64,000 nucleotides of DNA. Origin: Tubulanus polymorphus (taxonomy: Eukaryota > Animalia > Nemertea). The translations under genes and the position numbers were made by a program. The notes below the pieces were generated by a model. That model was not told the origin of the DNA. It saw nothing but the letters and a program-made list of their open reading frames with translations, and made no database searches. Positions 37,701 through 50,800 of the stretch are shown here, piece after piece. Position 1 is the stretch's first letter, and the number at the start of each line of letters is the position of its first letter. Location: the NCBI RefSeq assembly GCF_964204645.1, contig NC_134036.1, positions 1,736,001 to 1,800,000 of the forward strand. The letters run 5' to 3'.

Positions 37701-40699
37701 ACATAAGTAGTACAGAAATCCACGTAGATTGCGTCGCTCTCATACCATTTCTTCAGAAGTTTGCTGGGAATTCCGCGTATGATTTTTAAGATGCAAAATA
37801 ATTTCAATTGAAATCCAAAATGGCGGACATCAGCCAAATATGGACCATGTATTACGTCATCCGTTTTGAAACAAAAACAAAATTTTTATCTAATTGATTC
37901 TTCCGAACGAACGTAAACCTTAGAGTAATTACCTGATTACTCCAAGCATAAACCAACCCATTATCTCGTTGTACGTTAGCTGATATCTGAGCGCTTAGTC
38001 TGCGTGATTTGCGTTTAGTTTTCACCGAGAACCAGACACAAATAAATAAATTGATGCGTCCATTTCAGTAAATAGTGTAACATCTCGTAGTAAATTACAC
38101 TGATAAGAATTACTCAACAACGGAAGCACTTATCATCCGGCTTATCACGTCTCACGGATCGTAGATGTGTAAAACGCCGTTCGACTCTAGACAGGTAAGC
38201 AGTGATAAGAGAAAGACTAGTTAGAGAGAGTATCTCGCAGCCAGTGGTAAGAAGCCGAATAACGGCAGGATATTACGAGAAAGTGAGGTTATCGGTAACC
38301 ATTAACACCACTGCGAGGTGGGCGTCTTATCATCCCGTTGTACCCGTTGACTAACAACCCGTCAAACCGACTTCAAAAATGACGTAATTCATCTAAAAAT
38401 TCGATACAAGATCGCAACCGGTGGTTATAGGGGTTGGGCAGCAGGGAAGGTCGTTATTTAACTGACACGTGAAGGAAGTGCGTGTGTCATCTAAAACGTA
38501 GAAACATCGATATCTACTCTAGCAAAAAAACTATGAATACTCTCGGAATGTTTACACGTGGAAAACGTCCAATATATATATAAATTATATTATATATAAA
38601 TGGACAATATATTACATTAAACTACAATTGTAACTAACGAATCTCAGGGTCGGGTCTATGGCCCCAAAATAGGGCATATCTTAAAATTAATTACAAGGGC
38701 TCCAAATCAAGAAAGCTTATCGGAAAACGTAAACTAATTTTTGGAAATACAAAGTACAAAGTTATCAATTTAAAATTTTTTGGTATAGGTTTGATATTTT
38801 TCATATTTACGTAAAATTTCCAGGTTATTGTAAAGCAGCAATGGCAGTTCTAGGAATTGGGTGTGCCGCCAAAGAAACTCGCTGTTTCAAAGTCAACAAA
38901 ATATATGTATCAGTTGTTTGTCTCGCCATTTAACATCGTTAGCACGTCAGTAGTTTATTACGTGAAGGATGATTGTTTTCAAAGCCCGGCCAAGCTTCTT
39001 ATGGCGAATAAATCGATGATTTGAATTTTACTTTGAAATCTTTTTTTCGAATTTACGCCAGCCAGGGATAAACTCTTCTCTTGAACCCGAAGTCGAAATA
39101 GGATTATATGAAACCAATAATCTCAATCAAATCTCGATAATTGAGTCTTTGATGATTTGAAATATCGTAATCACTATTTCAGAATTAAATTAAATTCAAA
39201 TTCGTATGACGGGGATTTATTATTATGAAGTTTTGAAACTGATCTCTGGAAGTCGGATTTTGGGGGAGAGGATTGTGTCGTCTGTCAGTGTCGTAATAAT
39301 CGTAATCAGGATTAAAAGATAAATCGATTCGGAGGAAGATCAAACGAATTATCTAGCAAACTCTTAGTCTTAGTTCGAGCACCGTTACGTTAAGTCTCGA
39401 TAGGTCCCTGATCACAGGATGTTGTCCTCGGGGGACCGGCTCCGCTGCTACGTAAAGTCTAGGATAAACAGCTCCGCAGGGACCAACTCGAGTGAGTAGA
39501 GAGGAGCTCCGTAAAATGCGATTAGTTAGATAATTATTTGGTGAACGCTAATCCGGATTAATCTAATCTACTGACACGCGAGGTATATAGGCCTATTCTA
39601 TCACACAGACACAGACCAATAGGGGGGATGGCCTACTCTATCACACAGCCAAAAGGGGGGGGGTGGACTGCTCGCGGGGTATTCGCGCTACATAGCAAGA
39701 ACTGTATTGTTCATCTCTCCGATCGCACTTAATCAAGACCAGTAATATAACCGATCTAACTCATTCTAAACTCAATTTGGTTGCATAACCAATCTAACAA
39801 CTTAAGACCAGTCGAAGTTCATTTTGTAACAACTTAAGATCGGTCTAAGCTCATTTTGGTTTTACAACCAATCTAACAACTTAAGACCAGTCTCAGTACA
39901 TATTAGTTCTGTAGTCAATCTGACAAGTTAAGACCAATCTTGTAACTCAGACCAGTCTCACGACTTGCTTCAGTAAGACTGGATGCTGGTGTCGATCGTT
40001 ACGGAGAAGAAACTGCGTGTGAGTAGTTGTAACAATGAAGCAGTTTATCGGCTAGTAAGGCAAGCAGTAACGGCCACCTGGGGATTTGGAAACGTCAAAC
40101 GAGATGTCTGTTGTTGCGGTGGTCTTCGCATAAGTTTTCGTTACCGATGCACACGTTGGGTTTAGATTGTTCAGGGACTTTGAGACTGCAATCTACACCA
40201 CAGAGGTATATAATAATAATGAACCCGTTTGGATGACGTTTCGTTTTCAACTTGGTTCGGGTTGCCTATTGTTGCTGCTTTGGTCGATATTATCGCTATT
40301 GCTAGTGTTGCTGCTGCTGTTGTTGCTGCTGTTGCTGCTGCTGCTGTTGTTGTTGCTGCTGTTGCTGCTGCTGATGGTGGTACTAATGCTGTTGATGTAG
40401 CTGCAGCTGCTGCTGCTGCTGCGATGCTGCTGCTAGCAGTAAAACCCAATATTCATCTCGGCGCAAGTATTCCCAATATGGTCGTCTTAGAATCAGTTGA
40501 TTACTCAATGAACACCTGCGTTCCATCTCCCTCTGTGCTACACTGTGTTTGCGTGTACGTGGCAGCATCAATACTATCTGTAGCATCTGATCTATGCGCG
40601 ATGTCACTGCATCCAAGGCATGGATAACTTTACAGCCATCATGTCCCATTCCGACATTCTTCCGTCTTGTCGCAACATGAATAGCACAGACAGCAGCAT

Positions 40700-40762
<63 letters not shown>

Positions 40763-40838
40763 CATCAACAGCAGCAGACATATCAGCAGCAGCAGACATA
40801 TCATCATCAGCAGCAGCATCATCAGCAGCAGCAGACAT

Positions 40839-40934
<96 letters not shown>

Positions 40935-41772
40935 ACCGACAGTCAGAGCAGCAGCTGCTGTCGCCGCATTAACAGGACCAATAGCAGAAGCAAAGGCGTC
41001 ATCGATATAATTGAATTATTTTTCATTTCCTAAGAATTTTCATCCATAATCATAAAATTATCTAACGCGAATTGGAAATTCTAAATGTTCTAACCCTACT
41101 TGACTTGACTACATGCAAAACGCGTTCATCAACCAGAAATTCATTACTTCAATTCTTACCTGAAAAATACAAAGGAGAAAAGAAATTAAGTGAAAATGAA
41201 ATAAAAGAATTTCTTTCTATTTACCTGGAAGTAAAATATTCCAGTGTCAACCAAAAGATATCATAAGGTTAAAAGCGTTGAATCCTGGCGGTGACCAAAA
41301 ATATCTTCGTCTGCATCGTTGGGATGTAACGATAATGAAGTGAGTAGCGAAAAGCGGATCGTCTGAGAGTTTATAATAAAAAACAAGTTCTCAACTTCAA
41401 TACTATTCTCACAGTATCGGAAATTACAAAAAAAATCCAAACAACACTGAACGGGTTAACACTGAAACACCATTTGAATTATACACGTCCATCCCCTAGG
41501 TCCAATCGTCCCTTCTCTTCCCTGACACACGAGTTTCTGGAGTAGGTAAGAAGTCGATGTAATTGTCCCCAGTTACACGCAAGACGAATCGACCGCTTTT
41601 ACGTAAAAGGACCCGTCTTACGTTACATGAAGAAACCAATATCGGCGCACTTGACCGACATGAGGCAAAGCCATCAGTAATATGACTCGGGGGGGGGGGG
41701 ATGGCGAGGGGGGCTGCTTATACATCGCGGTATACAGTAACAGGTCTATTTACATCATGCGAGGGCTTTTGC

Positions 41773-41809
<37 letters not shown>

Positions 41810-44800
41810 GAACCACCATTATCAGGAGAGTCGGGTGAGACGCGGCAAATGGAAAATTTTCGATGTTCATGAAATTTGAGAATTTTCGAAATTAAATTGA
41901 TATTCACCGATATATCGAATACGCGATATTGAGTTAATGGGTGACTCGAATGTCACATGGTTATACAAAGGCACATAACGGCCGTTCCCAGACAGCAGAG
42001 GCGTTGACAGTTTTCGAAAAACCGATTTTTTATTTACGAGAAATAAAATGCTTATTCTCAGATATTTGGACCGGTCCAAAAGTTCGTTACGGCCTCACGT
42101 CCCAGAAGGAATGAAGGTGTCATTGTCAAATATTTGGCCTGAGACCAAAACGTAACGACCAAAAGTTCGTTACGTCCCAGAAGGAACGAAGGTATCAGGG
42201 AACAGGAAATGAATTAATGAGTAATTAATGAGTCAAAATCGAATCTTTTGCAACCTCTAGTTTATAGTGGGTTTTTGAGTTATCATCTATTCCGCATGTC
42301 GAGTCTACGATGATACAGTCTATAGTCGAATATGATGTAAAATATGACCAGGCTGGGCCTGAACGAACAAGGTATCGGACAACTATTATTTCTCAGGTAA
42401 CACAAGCGATATCATAGTTGTTATCAATTTGTCAATATGTGCTTGATCTATTTGCGTCTGCAAACAGGTTATTATGTTTGCAAGTGGACAAGGAACAAAC
42501 ACGACTCGAACCTCGATCATGACTTTATCGTATGATGGGGTGAAAACTTCTTGACTTCTTCGACGGCGGAATAAGAAGAAGAGACGATCGGCGAGATTAT
42601 TGTCGCAGTTAATAAGGATGTTTACACATAGCTTGGTCTGTGTGTGACAAACACTGTATTAGCATAAAGGTCTTTTCGAGTGTCGGCGTTGTGGTCTTTG
42701 GTTTGTGTCACTTAAATGTCGAAGCGTTTGTTTATAACCAGTTCGAATTCGTGTTTGTTCGGCAAATTTGCGCGCTTATGTCAAAGATGCAATTTGACGA
42801 TTGGTCATATATTCGGGCACCGGTAAATAAATAAATTTCCAGGTGGTTACATAAAAGTTTGACGTATTTACAGGAAAATACACCGTAAAAAACCCATTAA
42901 GTCAATAGTCGAATAAAATGCTGTAATGCTTGTAATGTGTCGACATGAATTAAGAAGTTCCACAATAGAATATTGTATGATAAAATAAATCAAAACGAAA
43001 GCACAACGTTTTGGCTGTTGACTCGCACAACTAACATCAGTCTTCTATAACCAATCTAACAACTTAAGACCAGTCTAAGCTCATCTTAGTTCTATAACCA
43101 ATCTAACAACTTAAGATCAGTCTAAGCTCATTTTGGGTTATATTACCAATCTAACAACTTTAGACCAGTCTAAGCTCATTTTAGTTCTATTACCAATCTA
43201 AAAACTTAAGACTAGTGTGAGCTCATTTTAGTTCTATTACCAATCTAACAACTTAAGACCAGTCTAAGCTCATTTTGGGTGCTAAAACCAATCTAACAAC
43301 TTAAGACCAGTCTAAGCTCATTTTGGGTTCTATAACCAATCTAACAACTTAAGACCAGTCTCTCCAGGTGTCATTTTAATAGATTTTATCATATAAAATT
43401 CTATTGTGGAACTTCTTGATTCGACCCATAAAGTGTTAAGTAACATCAGGGACAACTATAGGTCCAAAGGAGGAGGTGGCTCTATTTTTTTTTAATTCTC
43501 TTTTTTGTGGTTAAAATCAACTTGGCCCTTAGCTGTAAAATGCCAGTGTAATTCATGGCCATATCTACTCGAATTTGGGATGAGATTTGTATATAAATTA
43601 TGAGCCCGTTAAAAGGATAGTAATCATTAACGGAACTATTACCCGGCAGCCTGTAGCCCGTACGTACCGGTTACTCGGCAACTAAACTGGCGAACATTAA
43701 CGTCAACCTGTGGTAGTAAAGTGATGGATAGGGGGACACGTATCTGCAGCATCCGAGAGGATTACACAACCCGTCTGTAACCGAGCTACCTGCCTGCTGC
43801 AAAGCCAGCATCTAACCATCCATCAAACTTCCATCATCATCAGATGGTTCCTGGTCGATAAGAGCGTATCCGACCACGAATATAGAAAAAGACGAATTCT
43901 TTGCCTAGTTTAATCGGGTGTCCATATCAATGTTAAGTAATAACCACGACCATGAAAAATACCCTATTCACGCAATCAACCTTAGGGCAACCCCATCGTT
44001 AACCGGCCTGGATTCAACACCCCTTCGGACGTTTACCATTTGCAGTGTGATACGAGGACAATCAGTTTTTGAAAGTTGCGCTGATCAAATGTCCAATATC
44101 CGGTGTTTGTAGTTCATTTTCAATTAGAAATGTCTCAGGTGAAGCACTGAACACATGTGAAGTGTGGACGATCAGTTTTTGAAAGCGAGCTGATAAAATG
44201 TCTAATATCTGGTGTTTGTAGTTCATTTTCAATTAAAAATGTCTCAGGTGAAGCACTGAACACATGTGAAGTATGGACGATCATAAATTGCAAGTTCGTC
44301 AAGTGTCAAATATCAAGAGGGATTGCCGGGTTCCGACTATAGATTCATACATGCAACAATACTGACAAATAGCTATGGGAATCTACAATTGCTACAACGA
44401 CTATAACACGCAGTATATAGCGGTATAGAGGCCAAAAATAATTGGTTGATTATTATAACTATTGAGACAAATTAACCTGAATTGCGGCCCAACATATCAA
44501 AATATATGTATGCGCATGTTGATATATTCATAATGTGCTTGCCGGCGTATTGAATCTATTTAACCCTAATATCGCCTATTTATGTATTGTACGTCGGTAT
44601 TGTACGAACGGCTTTGTGAGCAACATGGACCACAATTTGTCAAAATGGATCAATTTGCGTCTATCAAAATGTGTGAATGAATGAATTAGTTGATGTAAAC
44701 ATAATGTATGGCATTGATAATGTTTTTATACACGTATCAACCAATATTTTCAGCCTTTGGGACAAGTTTTGAAGACAGCACGATCAGTTTTTGAAAGTGT

Positions 44801-47800
44801 GCTGATAAAATGTCTAATATCTGGTGTTTGTAGTTCATTTTCAATTAGAAATGTCTCAGGTGAAGCACTGAACACATGTGAAGTGTGGACGATCAGTTTT
44901 TGAAAGTGAGCTGATAAAATGTCTCGTGTCTGGTGTTTAAAGTTCATTTTCAATTAGAAATGTCTCAGGTGAAGCACTGAACACATGTGAAGTGTGGACG
45001 ATCAGTTTTTGAAAGTGAGCTGATAAAATGTCTAATATCTGGTGTTTGTAGTTCATTTTAAATCAGAAATGTCTCAGGAGAAGCACTGAACACATGTGAA
45101 GTGTGGACGATCAGTTTTTGAAAATGTGCTGATAAAATGTCAAATATCTGGTGTCTGTAGTTCATTTTCAATTGAAAATATCTTAGGCGAAGCACTGAAC
45201 ACATGTGAAGTGTGGACGATCAGATAATCAATTATACATGATATCTTCTAGGGATAATAGGGTCCTATAATGAACTGATTGATTACTCTTGTACTGAAAG
45301 CCCTCGATCCTAATCGACAAAAAACAACCTAAACCGTCCCGAGAACAAACACGCGAACAGTAAGGACGTGCACAAGACCGATTCGGAGACGATATATATA
45401 TGTATATATTTATCGATTTCCTACCGATAACTCCACAGTGGTTACACAGTATACGGCGAGTTAATGGAGTAACGGTGTAATACAGCGATGCCACGAATGA
45501 GGTCCTTTGTTCTCAGGTTGCGATGTTTGACGTGTTTTTCCATCGACGTTTCGGTCATGAGGATTTTTTTGTCGACCCGCGACTCAGCGGGGATCGAAGT
45601 AATGGAAGCGGTCGGGTTTTTTTTTTTTAATTCACCGCCGCTGCTGTCACGGTAACGGCGTGTTGTCATCATTGTTCGGTCGTTAAGTCAGCGACGTCGT
45701 CGTCGCGGAGAATTTCATCACATCGCATCAATAACTCCCGAAACCTAATATCGTTAACCTTTTATTTCATTTTCGACTAACAGCAATTTCTTTGCGACAC
45801 ATCTTCGAACGTCGCGGGAATGCAAAGACCAAGTTGATACACTTTTTAGGGACGCATCGAAATCACGAGGAAATAAAGCGATAATAATAATAATAATAAT
45901 AATAAAAATAATAATAATCATAATTATAAAAATAATAATAATAATTGTCATGATAATATTACTTAAGATGATAGCACTGATAATTGAAAATGAAAACTTT
46001 GTGATTAATTTGTAGGTCTTAATTATTTTTGTTTCGTCATCATCAATAGAATTTTTTTATATCATTTAATTCTGATTTGCGTTTTATTCCCCTACTATCG
46101 TTTATTCATTATGTTTAAGGTAAGAATCTTGAGTCGTATTGGTTTCGTAACGTCATTAAGAACTTTGAGGTTGTAACTGTTTATGTCAATAATTGCGAAC
46201 TGCAAACATATCAACAACAACTACAAATGTCGACATGTTGACGATACAAGATACAAGTCAATCTATTCGGGGTGTGTCGCGCTATATTTCATATACTGAT
46301 GAATAATCAACTTTTAAACTCATCCATCTAGCTTCATATCAATATACATATATATCACAAAGCCGTTATCTATGGATCTTACAGAATGTTGCATTTACCC
46401 CAAGGGCAAGAAGCCTTAGATATATACAAATATCTATATTACATAACTCGAATTTCCGCTGACTTTAGAAAAGCTTTCAATAGAAAAATGCATTTGATAC
46501 TGTTGTTGCGTAATAACGGAATCGCACAAAATATTCAATTCAGGATACCGAATATCTGCCGACTTTAACAAAGCTTTTGATAATGAAGTCTAAAATGCGT
46601 TTGATACTGTCGTTACAAAAACAAAAAACGCACAAAGAATTGGAATTTTTGATGACTTTAACAAAGCATCGTTTTCGAGGGCATTCAACAAACCAGAAAA
46701 AAAAATACACAAAAATTTCGTCTCCCGATACTGCAACGAAAGCTTTCTAGTTACAGAATTGATTTTTGAACGGTTAAATCGAAAAAGAATATACCACCAC
46801 AGGCAATGGCACCCTTTTTGGAACGTACACGAAAATTCTGAAACCATTCTAAAAATAATTTTTTTTCGGCGAAACTGCTGCGCAATCTAAAGGCGTTGCC
46901 GAACAATTATCGGTGAATTTCCAAACTTATTTTTCGATTAAAAAAAGATCTTTGTTTGATATGGAAATGGATAACATTATTGATATCCTCGGCAGATATG
47001 AGACCGCCCGGAGTATGAGAGCTCGGTTTCGAGGAACGAACTACCGCCTGAAGCAGCTATGAAATAAACTTAATCGTCAAATTCTTTGTTTCGTTTTTCA
47101 AGTTTGATATCTATTTTTTCAGCGGATCATTTCGAATATATTTGAAGTACATTTCAAAATTAAGCATTGCGCTTTCAAATAGCCATTTCTTCCCTAAGTT
47201 TGTTTTTAGATACATTTTACAACAACAATTCGACAGAACTTGGGTTTGCAGAAGGTCGCCATCGTCATCTGATAAGTGGTCACATTACTGAAGTCATCTC
47301 CTACTTCTACGATGTGTATTTCTAATTCACTTTACTAAGTGTTAGCCATCAATACGACGATCAACACTTAAGTAACGTCGACCTATCTCATATCAACTTG
47401 ACAGTAGCAAAAAGGAGGAAATTTCATTTAAGTTTTCAAGGAATTTTTCACAATGTTTTTTTTAATGAATGAATGAATGGATGAATGAATGAATGCATGG
47501 ATCTTTATCAATAAAGGCTACGTAGAGATTGCAATTTCAGTATCGCTCATTTAAAAGAGCGAAGACTTCTGTAAATAATTCTTTTTTTTTCTAAAGTTTG
47601 AGATCGATATATTACTTTTAAGGAGCGGAGCCGAGTTCTAGGCAGATAGAAAGCTGCATGAATCGTGTTTGCGCAAAAGCACACGATGCGTCTCAAGGGA
47701 TCAACGTTGTCATAAAATCATTACCAGTCAGGTTTATTCAAACGCTATTTACATAAAACTCTGGAAACATTCGCAGATAAACATTCAGAGATACAGAAAG

Positions 47801-50800
47801 AGAGAGAGAGAGATAAAGGTTTCAATCCTCGGAGACTGGCAGCTTTTTGAGAGTTAATCTCACGCTATGTTTTGATATCTCAAAATCAGATCTTGAAATG
47901 AGATCAAAATATGCGAAGTATTGTCGCATAGGTAAAAAATTAATACCTCATCATTTAGAGCATCCCCAAGGTCCTTGGATGTCAGAAAGTTAATGAGAAT
48001 TTCAGTGACATTGATATCATAATAATATCATAATTTTACTGAATCGTTGAAGTCATCGAGAATGAGAAGGTCGTCATTAGTAACTAATCATAATTTTACT
48101 GAATGGTTGAAGTTATTGAGAATGAGAAGGTCGTCATTAGTAACTAATCATAATTTTACTGAATAGTTGAAGTTATCGAGAATGAGAAGGTCGTTATTAG
48201 TAACTAATCATAATTCTTACTGAACCTGGTCATTGAAAATAGGTATTTTTTGGTCATTGGCACCAACCCCATTAGCGACGTCATTTCATTTTGTGAAACA
48301 TGACCCTCGGGGTACGCAGCAAACGATACCTTTACACACAATAGCTGCATCGTCATCAGCAGCACGATATATCGTATGATTACCAGAGAGATTCCGAACC
48401 ACAATTTACAAATATTGACAGTTTATCATCTCGTGAAATAAACTCGTTTACCCCCGCGGCGAAATTTTAATGATCACCCAACTAACGGCTCCACCGATCT
48501 ATATCTTATACTATATAGATATGGAGGGTGTGAAGCAAGGTGATATTAATAGGCATGCATTTTTGGGATACGCTCGCGCGTTCGAGACTTTGTTTTCGCC
48601 GGAGGGCAGGGTGGAGCTCCATGCTCTATCCGTCGACGTAAGCTAATTCAATATTCGGTGAATAATATCTACCGAGGTTTTGCAGACGTTTGCGTTTTAA
48701 AATTCGATCGATATTTTCGAACCGTTTCGACGTTAAGATAACGATGATGATGGCAGCAGGAGACAAAGGGAGTAAAGTTTGTCGAATGTGAAGAGAAAAA
48801 TTTGTCGAATATGATGTTTAGTGTTCTTGAGGAGGGCTCGGGAGACTATTGGGAGGAACTGAGACCTATTTGAGGAACTGGGGCCCGCTGCTGCTGATAA
48901 ACAATTGGTAACCCGGTTAGCCAGTGAATAACTGACAAAGCGAAAATCGAATTGTGGTCATCATTTTTTTTTCAAATTTTGTTAAGTTATCAACTGGTTA
49001 ATTGTTGTTAAAATTGTTGAGCAACTTGTGGCACCTGGATGGCGCACAATATTGAACAAGCTGAACAGAAACAGATTTGAGGACTGCTGTTGCGGGCACC
49101 ATGTGGACCATCTATGCAATCGATTTGCTGAGGCAAGTGACAAACACACACTAAACGAGGGATGGGCCACTTACAGTCGAATGGACAAGAATTCGTGGTC
49201 ACAGATTGGACTAAAGCTGGTGCAAAAGAAATCAATTGATGGAAATCATTGCTGTAGGTTTGTTCTTCTTTATGCTTGCCAATAGGCGACGACCACCAGA
49301 CGACAGGTTTGGCAATATTTTAAAAGTTAACCCGAATGCGGACATCTTGTAAACTATGAATGGAGTTTCTTTGTACAAACAAGCCTTATAAATGGGGACA
49401 TCTTGCAAATCATGAATCGTGGCAATTAATCAGTTACTGGATGAAGGACATGTTCACAAACTTTCACGAGGTTAATGTGAACAAACACTAAAGGACGCAA
49501 GCAGGGTCGGGCTTGTAAACAAATCAGTCACGCTCTCGGCAAACAAATGACCAAGGCTGTTGTGGCTGTCGGTGAACTGATAAATGAAATTAGCGTAACA
49601 CATGATGCGCGAGCATGGACCGAGAGGGCCACTTCAAGTTTCCGTCTGGTTGGACACCATGGCATCGTCGTTGTGGCGTGGCCGCAGCTTGTGCGAAGCT
49701 CAACAAGTCAACAGAGAGAACGGGAGGTAAATCAATTGATTTATTGGCAAAATATCGCCATCAATAGACGCAGTAACATGTGTCGCTTACTGTTGACCAA
49801 ACGACACATCTTTTGTTAACTAATCCGTCGAGTGTTTACAAATAATAAGCAACAGAGAAATGCGTTATAACGTGTAGTTGCCTGGAAACATGTTGACCGA
49901 AAGTTTAGGGCATCTAAGGCCCGGTTTTATAGACCGGTGTTAACTTAAACCAGGTTCCAGTTCCACAGTCGCAAGTTTGAGTTAAGATTAGATCATTTTC
50001 AATGAGTTAGCTCTGAGTCAAATCGTAACTCACAACTCTTGAGCCAGAACTGTGGAACTGGGCCCAGGATATTAACTTAAACCAGGGGTCCAACTTCATC
50101 ATCATCTGAGTTTACTCCTAGGTTTAAGTTAATACCAGTCTATAAAATAAGACCCTGGTTTATACGCCCATGCTACAACGTATTGCTGATCTCCGAAGAA
50201 GGCGGTTCAACTTAAACTGCGATTTTTCGCCCAGAAATATAAAAAGAGGGGAAATTATCCCAATATTCCAGGATCAACAAAGGATCTGCTGTCTTCCTAG
50301 AACTTCCTCGTATCGACCAGGGTTATAGTGTGCACCCTCACCCGAGTCAAAAACCTGAAGGACTTGTTGTAATGAGTGCTCCTGACGAGGACATTGACGT
50401 GCGCATTGAAAGCCGTGATGTTTTTCTGCAGTAATCCAATTGTCTTCATTTGTTACCTTTCATTGGTACGCGTCGGTGTAGTGGGCTCAACCCGGTTACT
50501 CTCAATATGCTAGGGCAGGGTTTCAGATGGCTTTCTTCGAATCCCAATGAGGCAAAAAATTGATCTCTTCTTTCTTATTTATGCTGAGCTTTAAAGTAAC
50601 CTTTTGCACATTACTTTTTTAGAAATCATGATCAATTTAACAACAACAAACTCGGCAGTTATAGAAATGAATTTTATTGCAGTTTACTGAAGAGACCCGG
50701 CCGATTAGGAGAAACAAGGTATCATTTTATTTTAGCCTAATCACCGCCTTTCTTTAATAACAGACCCGGCAGTTTTAGAAATGAACTGATTATAGTTTTC

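Noticed and set aside
40167-41033. Long poly-Leu, poly-Ala and poly-Ser ORFs on both strands
   Set aside because: Artefacts of CAG/CTG triplet tracts, which lack stops in several frames; no splice or domain support.
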